64,000 nucleotides of DNA from Alphaproteobacteria bacterium (GTDB lineage: Bacteria > Pseudomonadota > Alphaproteobacteria > CACIAM-22H2), in the NCBI GenBank assembly GCA_965279355.1, contig OZ257155.1, positions 4,276,230 through 4,340,229 on the forward strand. The letters run 5' to 3'. A program made the translations under genes and the position numbers. Position 1 is the stretch's first letter; every line of letters begins with the position of its first letter. Positions 33,204-41,761 of the stretch are shown piece after piece. The notes beneath the pieces are model-generated. The model worked only from the letters and a program-made list of their open reading frames with translations. It ran no database searches and was not told the origin of the DNA.

Positions 33204-35621
33204 ATGAGCACGCACACCAACGCCCATGCACGGGCCACCGGCACCGGGATCGGGCAGCCGGTCGTTCGCAAGGAAGACCAGCGCCTTCTCACCGGTCAGG
33301 GCCGCTATACCGACGATGTGAACCTGCCGGGGCAGGCCTATGCCGTCATGGTGCGCTCGCCGCACGCGCATGCGCGCATCGTGTCGATCGACACGGCGGC
33401 GGCGTTGGAAGTGCCGGGTGTGCTGCTGGTGCTGACCGGGGCCGATGCGGTGAAAGAAGGCATCGGGTCGATGTCGCATGGCGCCGATATCGTCGGCAAA
33501 ATGGACGTGCCGCTGGCCAACCGCGACGGCACGCCGCGCCGCACCACGCCGCATCTGCTGCTGCCGCCTGACAAGGCGCGCTATGTCGGTGTCGCGGTTG
33601 CGGCGGTAATCGCCGAAAGTGTGGGCGCCGCACAGGAAGCGGCCGATCTGCTGGAGATCGAGTACGAGCCGCTGGAAGCGGTGACGGTGACGGCGGCGGC
33701 GGTCTCCGACTCAGCGCCGCTGGTCTGGGAAGACCGCAATTCCAATCTCTGCGTCGACGGCGATTTCGGCGACAGAGCGGCGACGGACGCGGCGTTCAAG
33801 ACCGCCGCGCATGTTGCCAAAGCGACGATCTGGATCAACCGCGTCACCTCGGTGCCGATGGAGCCGCGCTCGGCCGTGTCGGACTACGACACGAAGACCG
33901 GAAAGCTCACCATGTATTGCGGCGCCGACGGCTCGGTGCGGCGCAAGCGCGAGTTCGCGCAGATCTTCGGCATGGAAGAACACAAGGTGCGGGTGATCGC
34001 CCGCGATGTCGGCGGCAATTTCGGCTCGCGCAACTGGAACTACGCGGAATACGGCATCACCGCCTGGGCGTCGCGCAAGCTCGGCCGTCCCGTGAAGTGG
34101 ACGGCGATGCGCAGCGAGGGTCTGATCTCCGACTATATGGGCCGCGATCTCTACGCTGAGGCCGAGCTGGCTCTGGACAAGGATGGAAAGTTCCTGGCGC
34201 TGCGCAGCGACCATGTCAGCAATATCGGCGGTTATGTCGTGAACTATACGCCGCTCAACAAGAGCTGCGAGCTGCTGTCCAGCGTCTATCACATCCCCGT
34301 CGGCTATGTGCGCGGGCGCGGCGTGCTGAGCAACACCTCGCCGACCGCACCCTATCGCAGCGCCGGCCGCCCCGAGGCCATGCTGATCATGGAGCGGCTG
34401 ATCGAAGTCGCGGCGCGCGAGTTCGGCTTCGACAAGGTCGAACTGCGCCGAAAGAATCTCATCCCTGAATCCGCGATGCCGTACAAAAACCCTCTGGGCC
34501 TCACCTACGACAGCGGTGACTACGAAGAGGCAATGGACCGCGTCCTGAAGATGTCGGATTGGGGCGGCTTTCCGGCGCGCAAGACGGAGGCGAAGGCGCG
34601 CGGCAAGCTGCGCGGCATTGGCCTCTCCAACTACATCGAGGTGACGACAGGCGCGCCGCGCGAGCGCACTGACATCACGGTGCTGCCGGAAGGGTCGGTC
34701 GAGGTCGTCATTGGCACGACGGCGGCCGGGCAGGGGCATGAGACGAGCTTCGCGCAGTGCATCGTCGATTTTCTTGGTGTGCCGTTCGAGAGCATCAAGC
34801 TGATTACCGGCGACACCGATATCGTCAAGGAAGGCGGCGGCTCGCATTCCGCGCGCTCCATGCGCATGGCCGGCATCGTCATGGGCCAGGCGAGCGACAT
34901 CATCATCGCCAAGGCGATCAAGATCGCAGCACACGTGTTCGAGGCGTCGGTCGAGGATGTCGAGTTCACCGGTGGCCGGTTCCGCGTGAAGGGCACCGAC
35001 AAGGCGATGCAGATCTTCGAGGTCGCAAAGGCGGCGCGGGACAACAAGACGCTGCCTGAGGACCTCAAGGGTCCGCTCGCGGGGACCAGCGACGACATGC
35101 TGCGCGTGCCGGGCTTCCCCTACGGGGCGCAGACCTGCGAGGTTGAGATCGATCCCGAGACCGGTATCCTCACGCTGATCAATATCGCGGCGGTCGACGA
35201 TGTCGGCACCGCGATCAATCCGCTGATCCTGCATGGCCAGACGCATGGCGGGATCGTGCAGGGTTTCGGCCAGGCGCTGATGGAGCAGTGCTATTACGAT
35301 CCCGAAAGCGGACAGATGCTGACGGGCTCGTTCATGGACTACGCCATGCCGCATGCCGACAGCTTTCCGTCCTTCAAGACCGACATCATGGAAGTACCCT
35401 CGCCGACCAACAAGCTGGGCGTGCGCGGCGGCGGCGAAGGTGGCACGACCCCGGCGCTGGCCGTCGTGGTCAACGCGATCGTCGACGCGCTGGCGGACTA
35501 CGGCGTCACCGATATCGAGATGCCGGCGACCCCGGAGCGCATCTGGCGCGCCATTCACGAGCGCGGCTACCGGCCGAGCCCGCTGTCGGGCATTAAAGGA
35601 GCTGGGATCAAATCCGCCTAG
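33204..35621 (+). CDS. xanthine dehydrogenase family molybdopterin-binding subunit (form-II CoxL-like large subunit)
   Basis: 805 aa counted from MSTHTNAHARATGTGIGQPV (ATG 33204). It has an a/b-hammerhead domain plus an MoCo-binding domain. The active-site loop PYRSAGR resembles the form-II CoxL AYRGAGR motif. No CoxS ([2Fe-2S]) or CoxM (FAD) subunit gene is in the window. Confidence 0.88.
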   Translation: MSTHTNAHARATGTGIGQPVVRKEDQRLLTGQGRYTDDVNLPGQAYAVMVRSPHAHARIVSIDTAAALEVPGVLLVLTGADAVKEGIGSMSHGADIVGKMDVPLANRDGTPRRTTPHLLLPPDKARYVGVAVAAVIAESVGAAQEAADLLEIEYEPLEAVTVTAAAVSDSAPLVWEDRNSNLCVDGDFGDRAATDAAFKTAAHVAKATIWINRVTSVPMEPRSAVSDYDTKTGKLTMYCGADGSVRRKREFAQIFGMEEHKVRVIARDVGGNFGSRNWNYAEYGITAWASRKLGRPVKWTAMRSEGLISDYMGRDLYAEAELALDKDGKFLALRSDHVSNIGGYVVNYTPLNKSCELLSSVYHIPVGYVRGRGVLSNTSPTAPYRSAGRPEAMLIMERLIEVAAREFGFDKVELRRKNLIPESAMPYKNPLGLTYDSGDYEEAMDRVLKMSDWGGFPARKTEAKARGKLRGIGLSNYIEVTTGAPRERTDITVLPEGSVEVVIGTTAAGQGHETSFAQCIVDFLGVPFESIKLITGDTDIVKEGGGSHSARSMRMAGIVMGQASDIIIAKAIKIAAHVFEASVEDVEFTGGRFRVKGTDKAMQIFEVAKAARDNKTLPEDLKGPLAGTSDDMLRVPGFPYGAQTCEVEIDPETGILTLINIAAVDDVGTAINPLILHGQTHGGIVQGFGQALMEQCYYDPESGQMLTGSFMDYAMPHADSFPSFKTDIMEVPSPTNKLGVRGGGEGGTTPALAVVVNAIVDALADYGVTDIEMPATPERIWRAIHERGYRPSPLSGIKGAGIKSA

Positions 35622-36559
35622 TTCGTCCGGAAATTCTCTCTCACCAGCAGCGGCCGGAAGCTGAACGGGCTTACCGGGTCGGCGGGATCGACGCCGACCG
35701 TGACGCCGTGGATGTCGAATTCACCATAGACTTCGAGGCGGAAGACAGTCTCGACCTTGCGCCGATTGGCGCCCGCACCTGAGACCAGTGGCTGGTCGAT
35801 GCGGAAGATGTGCGTGTCGCCGTGCACCAGAAGCACGGGCCGGCCGAACGCGATCGCTTCCTTTTCCAGCGCGGCGTTGAAATCGTTGAAGCCGGTGCGC
35901 TGGTCGGGATGGCGTTCGAAATAGGGATTGGCCTGAATGCCGAGTACCAGCGCCGCTCGGTTCTCGGCGCGCGCCGCGGCGAAGCTCTGGCTGAGCCAGG
36001 CGAGATTGGCTGCGTTGCGCGCCAGGTATTCGTCGAGGGTGGAGCGGTCGCGCTGCAGGTTGTTGTTGGAGCCGACGACATGCGCGGTCACAAAAGCGAC
36101 GTTGTTGTAGGTCCAGCGCGCATTCTCGACGAACGGCCTGTCTTGCTGGATGAGAGGTAGTGTCTTTTTGCCCCAGCTCCGATCCGTCGGATAGAACAGC
36201 GCCCGCAGCTTGGCCAGCCGTTCCAGGGGGTCGAACGATCCGTTATAGGCGCGGTGGCAGTCCGTCCATTCGTTGTCGCCCGGCGTGTAGATCAGCGGCT
36301 GTTCGAAGCTGCGGAAGTATTCGACATTCTTCTCGAAAATCTCGTCGGAGCAGATTGTTGCACCACCCTTGATGTCGCCGATATGCAGCGTGAACGCAGG
36401 GGCCCGGCGGTTGATCTCGCCGATCAGCCGCTCGAAGCGCGCGAAATCGCCGGGCAGGATGTAAGGCATGTCGCCGATGGCGACGAAGCTGAAGGGCTGG
36501 GCGGCGGCGGGCGCGGCGAGGAGCGCCAGGACGAGCGCGCAAGCGAATCTGTAAATCAT
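35618..36559 (-). CDS. metallophosphoesterase (calcineurin-like), secreted
   Basis: 313 aa. A signal peptide is followed by GDMPY...GDIKGG...GDNEW...HVV..GD.H phosphoesterase motifs. Confidence 0.85.
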   Translation of the reverse strand: MIYRFACALVLALLAAPAAAQPFSFVAIGDMPYILPGDFARFERLIGEINRRAPAFTLHIGDIKGGATICSDEIFEKNVEYFRSFEQPLIYTPGDNEWTDCHRAYNGSFDPLERLAKLRALFYPTDRSWGKKTLPLIQQDRPFVENARWTYNNVAFVTAHVVGSNNNLQRDRSTLDEYLARNAANLAWLSQSFAAARAENRAALVLGIQANPYFERHPDQRTGFNDFNAALEKEAIAFGRPVLLVHGDTHIFRIDQPLVSGAGANRRKVETVFRLEVYGEFDIHGVTVGVDPADPVSPFSFRPLLVRENFRTN

Positions 36560-36589
36560 GACCGGATTTGTATCCGGCGCCTGTGACAG

Positions 36590-38017
36590 TCAGGTGACAG
36601 CCGACCAGATCGACGCCGATTGCGCGAGGGCCATTGCGGCCTGTTCCAGCATGGCCGTGAGGTCGGCCTGATCGGCTGCGGCGCCCAGCGAGAGGCGCAC
36701 GGCGTTTGGTGCGGCGCCATCGACGCTGAAGGCGTGCCCCGGCACGGCGGCGAGACCGCGTGGCTGAAAATAACTCATGAACTCGACCACGCTCCAGCCG
36801 GAGGGCAAGGTCAGCCACAGATGCAGGCCGTCGGGATGGGCGGCCATCGTACTCGCGGAGAGCAGCTTGTGCGCGATCGCCTGCCGCGCGGTTGATTCCC
36901 GGCGGATCGCATCGAGGATTTTCTGCGCGATGCCGTCGCCGATCCACCGCGTGGCAAGGGCTGCGGAAAGCGGTGGCACCATCAGGGTGGTCGCGCGGAT
37001 GCCGGCCGCGAGCCGCGCCGCAATGCCTGTATTGGGGGCGACGAGATAGGCAATGCGAAGTCCCGGCATCAGGCACTTTGACAGGGTCGCGATGTGATAC
37101 GTGAGTTCCGGCGCCAGGCTTGCCAACGGTGGCGGCGCGAAGCTCGGGAGAGGGCCGTAGGCGTCGTCTTCGATGATCGGCATGTCGAAGCGGCGGGCGA
37201 TTGCCACGATCTGCCGCCGCCGGGTCAGCGACATCGTCGCCGTCGTCGGGTTCTGGATGGTCGGGATGCAATAGAGTGCTTTCGGCTTGTCGCGACGGCA
37301 GGCCTCTTCGAAGGCTGACGGCAGGATGCCTTCGCCATCCATTGCGAGGCCTTTGACTGTGACTCCAAGCTGCGCCGCGAGTGCGCGGAAGCCCGGATAG
37401 GTCAGCGCCTCGCTCACCACGACGTCCCCCGGTCTGGTGAGGGTGCTGAGCAGCACCGTCAGTGCGGCCTGCGCGCCGGCACACAGCAGCACACGATTGA
37501 TCGGCAGCGCGCCGAGGCGCGGCTTCAGCCACGCGGCCCCCGCGGAACGATCCGCCTCGCTGCTGGCGCTGTCGCGATAGGTGAGGAGCGCCAGCGCGTC
37601 CGGCTGACGCAATGCCGCGGCGATGCCCTCGGCGTAGCGTTCGACCAGCCGTGCATCGCGCGGCTGCGGCGGCAGGTTCATGGTCGTGTCGACCAGCGGG
37701 CGCGCGGCGCCCATCAGCGGCGCTTTCGCCGGCTGCACGGCGGCCGGCGCGCTGGCCCGCACAGTGGTGCCGCGCCCGACCGTCGCGTCAATCAGCCCGC
37801 GCCGCCGCGCCTCGCCGTAGGCACGGGTGATGGTGGTGAGATCGACGCCAAGCTGCTTCGCGAGGACGCGCTGCGTCGGCATTGCCTGGCCGGGACGGAG
37901 CCGGCCGGACGCAATATCTGCGGCGATGGCGTCGACTAGCGCCAGATAGATAGGGCCGCCGCCCCGGTCGATTGTAGGGGCCCAGCGCCCGGCTTTTTTC
38001 ACCGCAGCCTTATCCAT
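36590..38017 (-). CDS. MocR-type (GntR family) PLP-dependent transcriptional regulator
   Basis: 475 aa. An N-terminal winged-helix region (PTQRVLAKQLGVDLTTITRAYGEARRRGLI) is fused to an aminotransferase class I/II fold-type domain. Confidence 0.9.
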   Translation of the reverse strand: MDKAAVKKAGRWAPTIDRGGGPIYLALVDAIAADIASGRLRPGQAMPTQRVLAKQLGVDLTTITRAYGEARRRGLIDATVGRGTTVRASAPAAVQPAKAPLMGAARPLVDTTMNLPPQPRDARLVERYAEGIAAALRQPDALALLTYRDSASSEADRSAGAAWLKPRLGALPINRVLLCAGAQAALTVLLSTLTRPGDVVVSEALTYPGFRALAAQLGVTVKGLAMDGEGILPSAFEEACRRDKPKALYCIPTIQNPTTATMSLTRRRQIVAIARRFDMPIIEDDAYGPLPSFAPPPLASLAPELTYHIATLSKCLMPGLRIAYLVAPNTGIAARLAAGIRATTLMVPPLSAALATRWIGDGIAQKILDAIRRESTARQAIAHKLLSASTMAAHPDGLHLWLTLPSGWSVVEFMSYFQPRGLAAVPGHAFSVDGAAPNAVRLSLGAAADQADLTAMLEQAAMALAQSASIWSAVT

Positions 38018-38089
38018 ACATTATACATACAATAAGCATACATAGTGAAATCCGGTAAAGACAATCTATATTCCTTCCGTAGAGAAGGA
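38016..38089. promoter_or_regulatory. AT-rich divergent promoter region with ATACAT direct repeats and TCCTTC/GAAGGA inverted repeat (candidate MocR operator)
   Basis: ATACAT occurs at 38016, 38023 and 38038. TCCTTC-cgtag-GAAGGA lies at 38073-38089. The region is about 30% GC in a 65% GC genome and sits between the MocR gene and the DUF983 gene. Confidence 0.35.
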
Positions 38090-38097
38090 TTCTCGTC

Positions 38098-38481
38098 ATG
38101 ACTGTCCCAGCCGCCGCGATGACTGCTCCCGAACCCAATCCCGTCCGCCGGGGCCTGCTGCGCGGCCTGCTCATGCGGTGCCCCAACTGCGGCCATGGGT
38201 CGATCTTCCGCCGCTATCTCAAGGTGAAGGACATCTGCGGCCACTGCGGTCTCGCCTTGGGGGAGTTCCGCGCCGACGACGCGCCGCCATATTTCACCAT
38301 CATGATTGTCGGCCATATCATCGTGCCGGCGATGCTGCTGCTGGAGCAGACCCTGCACCCGGCCGCGTGGATCCATACCGCGCTGTGGGTGCCGCTGACC
38401 CTGGGGCTGAGCCTCGCGCTACTGCCGCGCATGAAGGGTGCCGTGATTGGCGTGCAGTGGGCGCTCAAGATCAAGGGTTGA
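38098..38481 (+). CDS. DUF983 domain-containing protein (zinc-ribbon membrane protein)
   Basis: 127 aa. CPNCGHG...CGHCG forms a zinc ribbon, followed by two TM helices. Confidence 0.8.
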   Translation: MTVPAAAMTAPEPNPVRRGLLRGLLMRCPNCGHGSIFRRYLKVKDICGHCGLALGEFRADDAPPYFTIMIVGHIIVPAMLLLEQTLHPAAWIHTALWVPLTLGLSLALLPRMKGAVIGVQWALKIKG

Positions 38482-38543
38482 GCCCTTTCATTGCGGCGGC
38501 TCGTCATCGCGACTAGTCTGGGGAAAATCCTCTCCAGGGTCAG

Positions 38544-39962
38544 GTGACGCCGATGAGTGCTCTTCCGCTGTCCAACGATCGCGTCGCGCCCGCCGCGCGG
38601 GACGCCGCCATCGCCGAGCTCAAGACGCTTCTGGGCGACCGGCTTTCGACCGCGACGGCGGTGCGCGAGCAGCATGGCAAGGACGAGTCCTATCACCCCT
38701 CGGTGCCGCCGGACGCGGTGGCCTTCGCGCGCTCGACCGACGAGGTCAGCGCCATCATGCGCATCTGCCACAAACATAAGGTGCCGATGATTCCCTATGC
38801 GGCCGGCACGTCGCTGGAGGGCCACGTAGCGGCGCTGCGCGGCGGCATCTGCGTCGACCTGATGCAGATGAACGCGGTGCTGCAGGTGAACGCAGACGAT
38901 CTCGACTGCCGGGTGCAGCCTGGCGTGACGCGCAAGCAGCTCAACGAGCACCTGCGCGACACGGGTCTGTTCTTCCCGATTGACCCTGGCGCGAATGCCT
39001 CCATCGGCGGCATGACCGCGACGCGCGCGTCGGGCACCAACGCCGTCCGCTACGGCACCATGCGCGAGAACGTGCTTGCTCTCGAAGTGGTGCTTGCGGA
39101 CGGTCGCATCATCCGGACCTCCAAGCGGGCCCGCAAATCCTCAGCCGGTTATGATCTCACAAGGCTGTTTATCGGCTCCGAAGGCACGCTCGGGATCATC
39201 ACCGAGATCACGGTGAAGCTCTACGGCATTCCGGCCGCGATTTCGGTCGGTATGTGCTCGTTCCCGACGGTGAAGGATGCCGTCGACACGGTGATCCAGA
39301 CCATCCAGTCGGGCATTCCCGTGGCGCGGATCGAACTCGCCGACGATGTGCAGATGGATGCGATCAGCAAGTTCTCGAAAATCAAGCTGCCGATCGCGCC
39401 GACGCTGTGGCTCGAATTCCACGGCACCGAGGCCAGCGTGCAGGAACAGGCGGAAATGGTGCAGGCGCTGGCCGGCGAACACGGCGGCACGGATTTCACC
39501 TGGACCACGCGTGAAGAGGATCGCAAGAAGCTGTGGCAGGCGCGGCACGACGCCGCCTATGCCAACAAGGCGCTGCGTGCCGGGGCCGGCGTCTGGGCAA
39601 CCGATGTCTGCGTGCCGATCTCGCGTCTGGCCGAATGCATCACCGAGACGCAGGCGGATATCGCCAGGTCGTTCATTCCGGCGCCGATCGTCGGCCATGT
39701 CGGCGACGGCAATTTCCACCTGACCTTGGTGCTGATGACCGACGATCCCAAGGAAGTCGCCGAGGCGCACCGGCTCAACGACAATCTGGTGGCGCGGGCG
39801 CTGGCGATGGATGGAACCTGCACCGGCGAACACGGCGTCGGTTACGGCAAGGTGGACTTCCTGATCGCCGAGCACGGCGAAGCGATCAGCGTCATGCGCT
39901 CGATCAAGCAGGCGCTCGATCCCGACAATATCTGCAATCCGGGGAAGATCGTCCGCGTCTAG
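38544..39962 (+). CDS. FAD-binding oxidoreductase (D-lactate/glycolate oxidase GlcD-like, FAD-linked oxidase family)
   Basis: 472 aa with an FAD_binding_4 N-terminal domain and an FAD-oxidase_C C-terminal domain. Confidence 0.9.
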   Translation: MTPMSALPLSNDRVAPAARDAAIAELKTLLGDRLSTATAVREQHGKDESYHPSVPPDAVAFARSTDEVSAIMRICHKHKVPMIPYAAGTSLEGHVAALRGGICVDLMQMNAVLQVNADDLDCRVQPGVTRKQLNEHLRDTGLFFPIDPGANASIGGMTATRASGTNAVRYGTMRENVLALEVVLADGRIIRTSKRARKSSAGYDLTRLFIGSEGTLGIITEITVKLYGIPAAISVGMCSFPTVKDAVDTVIQTIQSGIPVARIELADDVQMDAISKFSKIKLPIAPTLWLEFHGTEASVQEQAEMVQALAGEHGGTDFTWTTREEDRKKLWQARHDAAYANKALRAGAGVWATDVCVPISRLAECITETQADIARSFIPAPIVGHVGDGNFHLTLVLMTDDPKEVAEAHRLNDNLVARALAMDGTCTGEHGVGYGKVDFLIAEHGEAISVMRSIKQALDPDNICNPGKIVRV

Positions 39963-39974
39963 GCGGCGGACGGA

Positions 39975-40796
39975 TCAGCGCGAGGCGGTGACCGCCGGCG
40001 CTGCAACGGGGCGGCTGAGGTTGGCCAGGACCTCCGCAACCGCGTGGCCGAGGCATGCATAGCTGCGGTCGGTCAGATGAAGGCCATCGGCATCGATCAT
40101 CTCGTTCATCGCCATCTGCCCCGATGCCACCCAGTGGCGCATCACTTCGTAGCGGCGAATCACAGGCACGTTGCGCATCGCTGCGGCCGCTGCCATGTGT
40201 TCGACGTATTGAGCATGAGCCGGCGCCGCCTGGAAGCGGGGCGAGAACTGCGGCGACATCAGGATCACGTCGATGCCGGCAGTGTGAGCGGCGTCGATGC
40301 CGCTGAGAAGATTGCCGGTGTAGCTTTCGACATTGCCGTGGCCGACGAGCGCGCTGTTGGTGCCGCTCTGCCAGATCAGCAGGTCCGGCTTTTCGTCCAG
40401 CACGTCCTTCTTGAAGCGGGCCAGCATCAGCGTCGTCGTGTCGCCGCTGACGCCACGGTTGAGCACCGCGATCTCGGAGCGCGGGAACATCTGGCGCAGT
40501 TCGCCTTCGAGACGGCTGGGATAGGTGTGCTGGTCGGTTGATGCGCCAGCGCCGGAGGTCGACGACGAACCCAGCGCAACGATCTTCAGCGGTCCACCCT
40601 TGGAAACTTTCGTCGCGAAATGCGAAAGCTTGGCGTGGCTCGTGAGCAGCGCGCGCGGGACCGCGCAAACGTCGGGATGTTTGGTTTCTGCAAAGGAAGA
40701 CGTCGCAAGGCTGCCAAGCAGCACTACTGCGAGAGCGGATTTGAATACCAGCGAACGAACGCGGTGCGAGGAGTGAGGAGACTGCGACATACGCAA
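39975..40796 (-). CDS. SGNH/GDSL hydrolase family protein, secreted (paralog 1)
   Basis: 273 aa with a signal peptide, GDSL block LGSSSTSG and catalytic D..H near the C-terminus (DGLHLTD). It is about 40% identical to the gene at 40934..41761. Confidence 0.8.
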   Translation of the reverse strand: MRMSQSPHSSHRVRSLVFKSALAVVLLGSLATSSFAETKHPDVCAVPRALLTSHAKLSHFATKVSKGGPLKIVALGSSSTSGAGASTDQHTYPSRLEGELRQMFPRSEIAVLNRGVSGDTTTLMLARFKKDVLDEKPDLLIWQSGTNSALVGHGNVESYTGNLLSGIDAAHTAGIDVILMSPQFSPRFQAAPAHAQYVEHMAAAAAMRNVPVIRRYEVMRHWVASGQMAMNEMIDADGLHLTDRSYACLGHAVAEVLANLSRPVAAPAVTASR

Positions 40797-40933
40797 AAGC
40801 TAGCGACCGTTCCTTACTTATTCGTTAGTCACAAGCTTATAACAGGCGCGGTAGCGTCACAACGATTCAGTATTTCCACTTAGGGTTAATTTGTGCAGGT
40901 GCTCAGTCGAAAGTAGTGGTATTTCGCAACTGC

Positions 40934-41761
40934 TCACTTTGCCAGTTTGGTTGCCTGAACGATCTGCCGCGCAAGCAGCTGGCCGACACAATCGTAAATG
41001 ATATCAGCCACTTTACGGGCTGCGGCCGGCGAGCGTTCGGCGAAACTGAAGCGCTCCGCTTCTACCCAGTACCGCATCATCGAATAGCGGGGGAACAGCA
41101 CAAGGTCGCGCATTCCCGCCACGCGTTCAATCGTCGCAACGTAGGGATGAAAGTTAATCAGCTGCGCGGTGCTGCGCGAGTACTGGGTATCCATCAGCAC
41201 GACGTCGATTCCGTGCGAGGTCAGCTTGTCGATTCCGGCCAGCAGCACGTTGCTGTAAATGTCGATTTCGGCGTTGCGCACGGCTTCGGCGGTGCCGCTT
41301 TCCCAGATCACCAGCGCCGGCTGTTCGGGCAGAACATCGGTGTCGATGCGTTCTACCATGTCGTGCGCCGTCTGGCGGGAAATGCCTTTGTTCAGCACCT
41401 GGACCGAGACGTCCGGAAGCAAGCGGGCGAGCGCTGCTTCCAGTCGTGCCGGAAATGCCGAGGGCAGTCCCGTGGCGCCGACGCCAAGCGTGCTCGACGA
41501 CCCGAGGGCAATGATCTTAAGTCGGCGCTCGAGCTTTGCCTTTTTCGCAACATTGGGGAGCGGCGAACCGTCCGTCAGGAGATCGGGCGGTACCTCGCAG
41601 GAGGCCGGTAACGGTCCAACCACTTGCGCCGCCGCCGGCATGGCAATGCCAGCCCCCAGCAACAAAGCCATCAGAACGGCACGCCCCCATCCCGCGATGG
41701 TTGGTGGCTGGCCGGCGCCGGGCCGTTGTGGCCTAGCGCTGCGCTGTATCGGTGACGCCAT
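40934..41761 (-). CDS. SGNH/GDSL hydrolase family protein, secreted (paralog 2)
   Basis: 275 aa with a signal peptide and the LGSSSTLG block. Its start overlaps the opgC-like stop by 1 nt. Confidence 0.8.
   Translation of the reverse strand: MASPIQRSARPQRPGAGQPPTIAGWGRAVLMALLLGAGIAMPAAAQVVGPLPASCEVPPDLLTDGSPLPNVAKKAKLERRLKIIALGSSSTLGVGATGLPSAFPARLEAALARLLPDVSVQVLNKGISRQTAHDMVERIDTDVLPEQPALVIWESGTAEAVRNAEIDIYSNVLLAGIDKLTSHGIDVVLMDTQYSRSTAQLINFHPYVATIERVAGMRDLVLFPRYSMMRYWVEAERFSFAERSPAAARKVADIIYDCVGQLLARQIVQATKLAK

Noticed and set aside
33711-35558. 615-aa minus-strand ORF inside the CoxL-like gene, and 24960..25940(-) inside the oxoprolinase gene.
   Set aside because: Antisense to genes with clear family motifs. 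Low-complexity Arg/Asp/His content.
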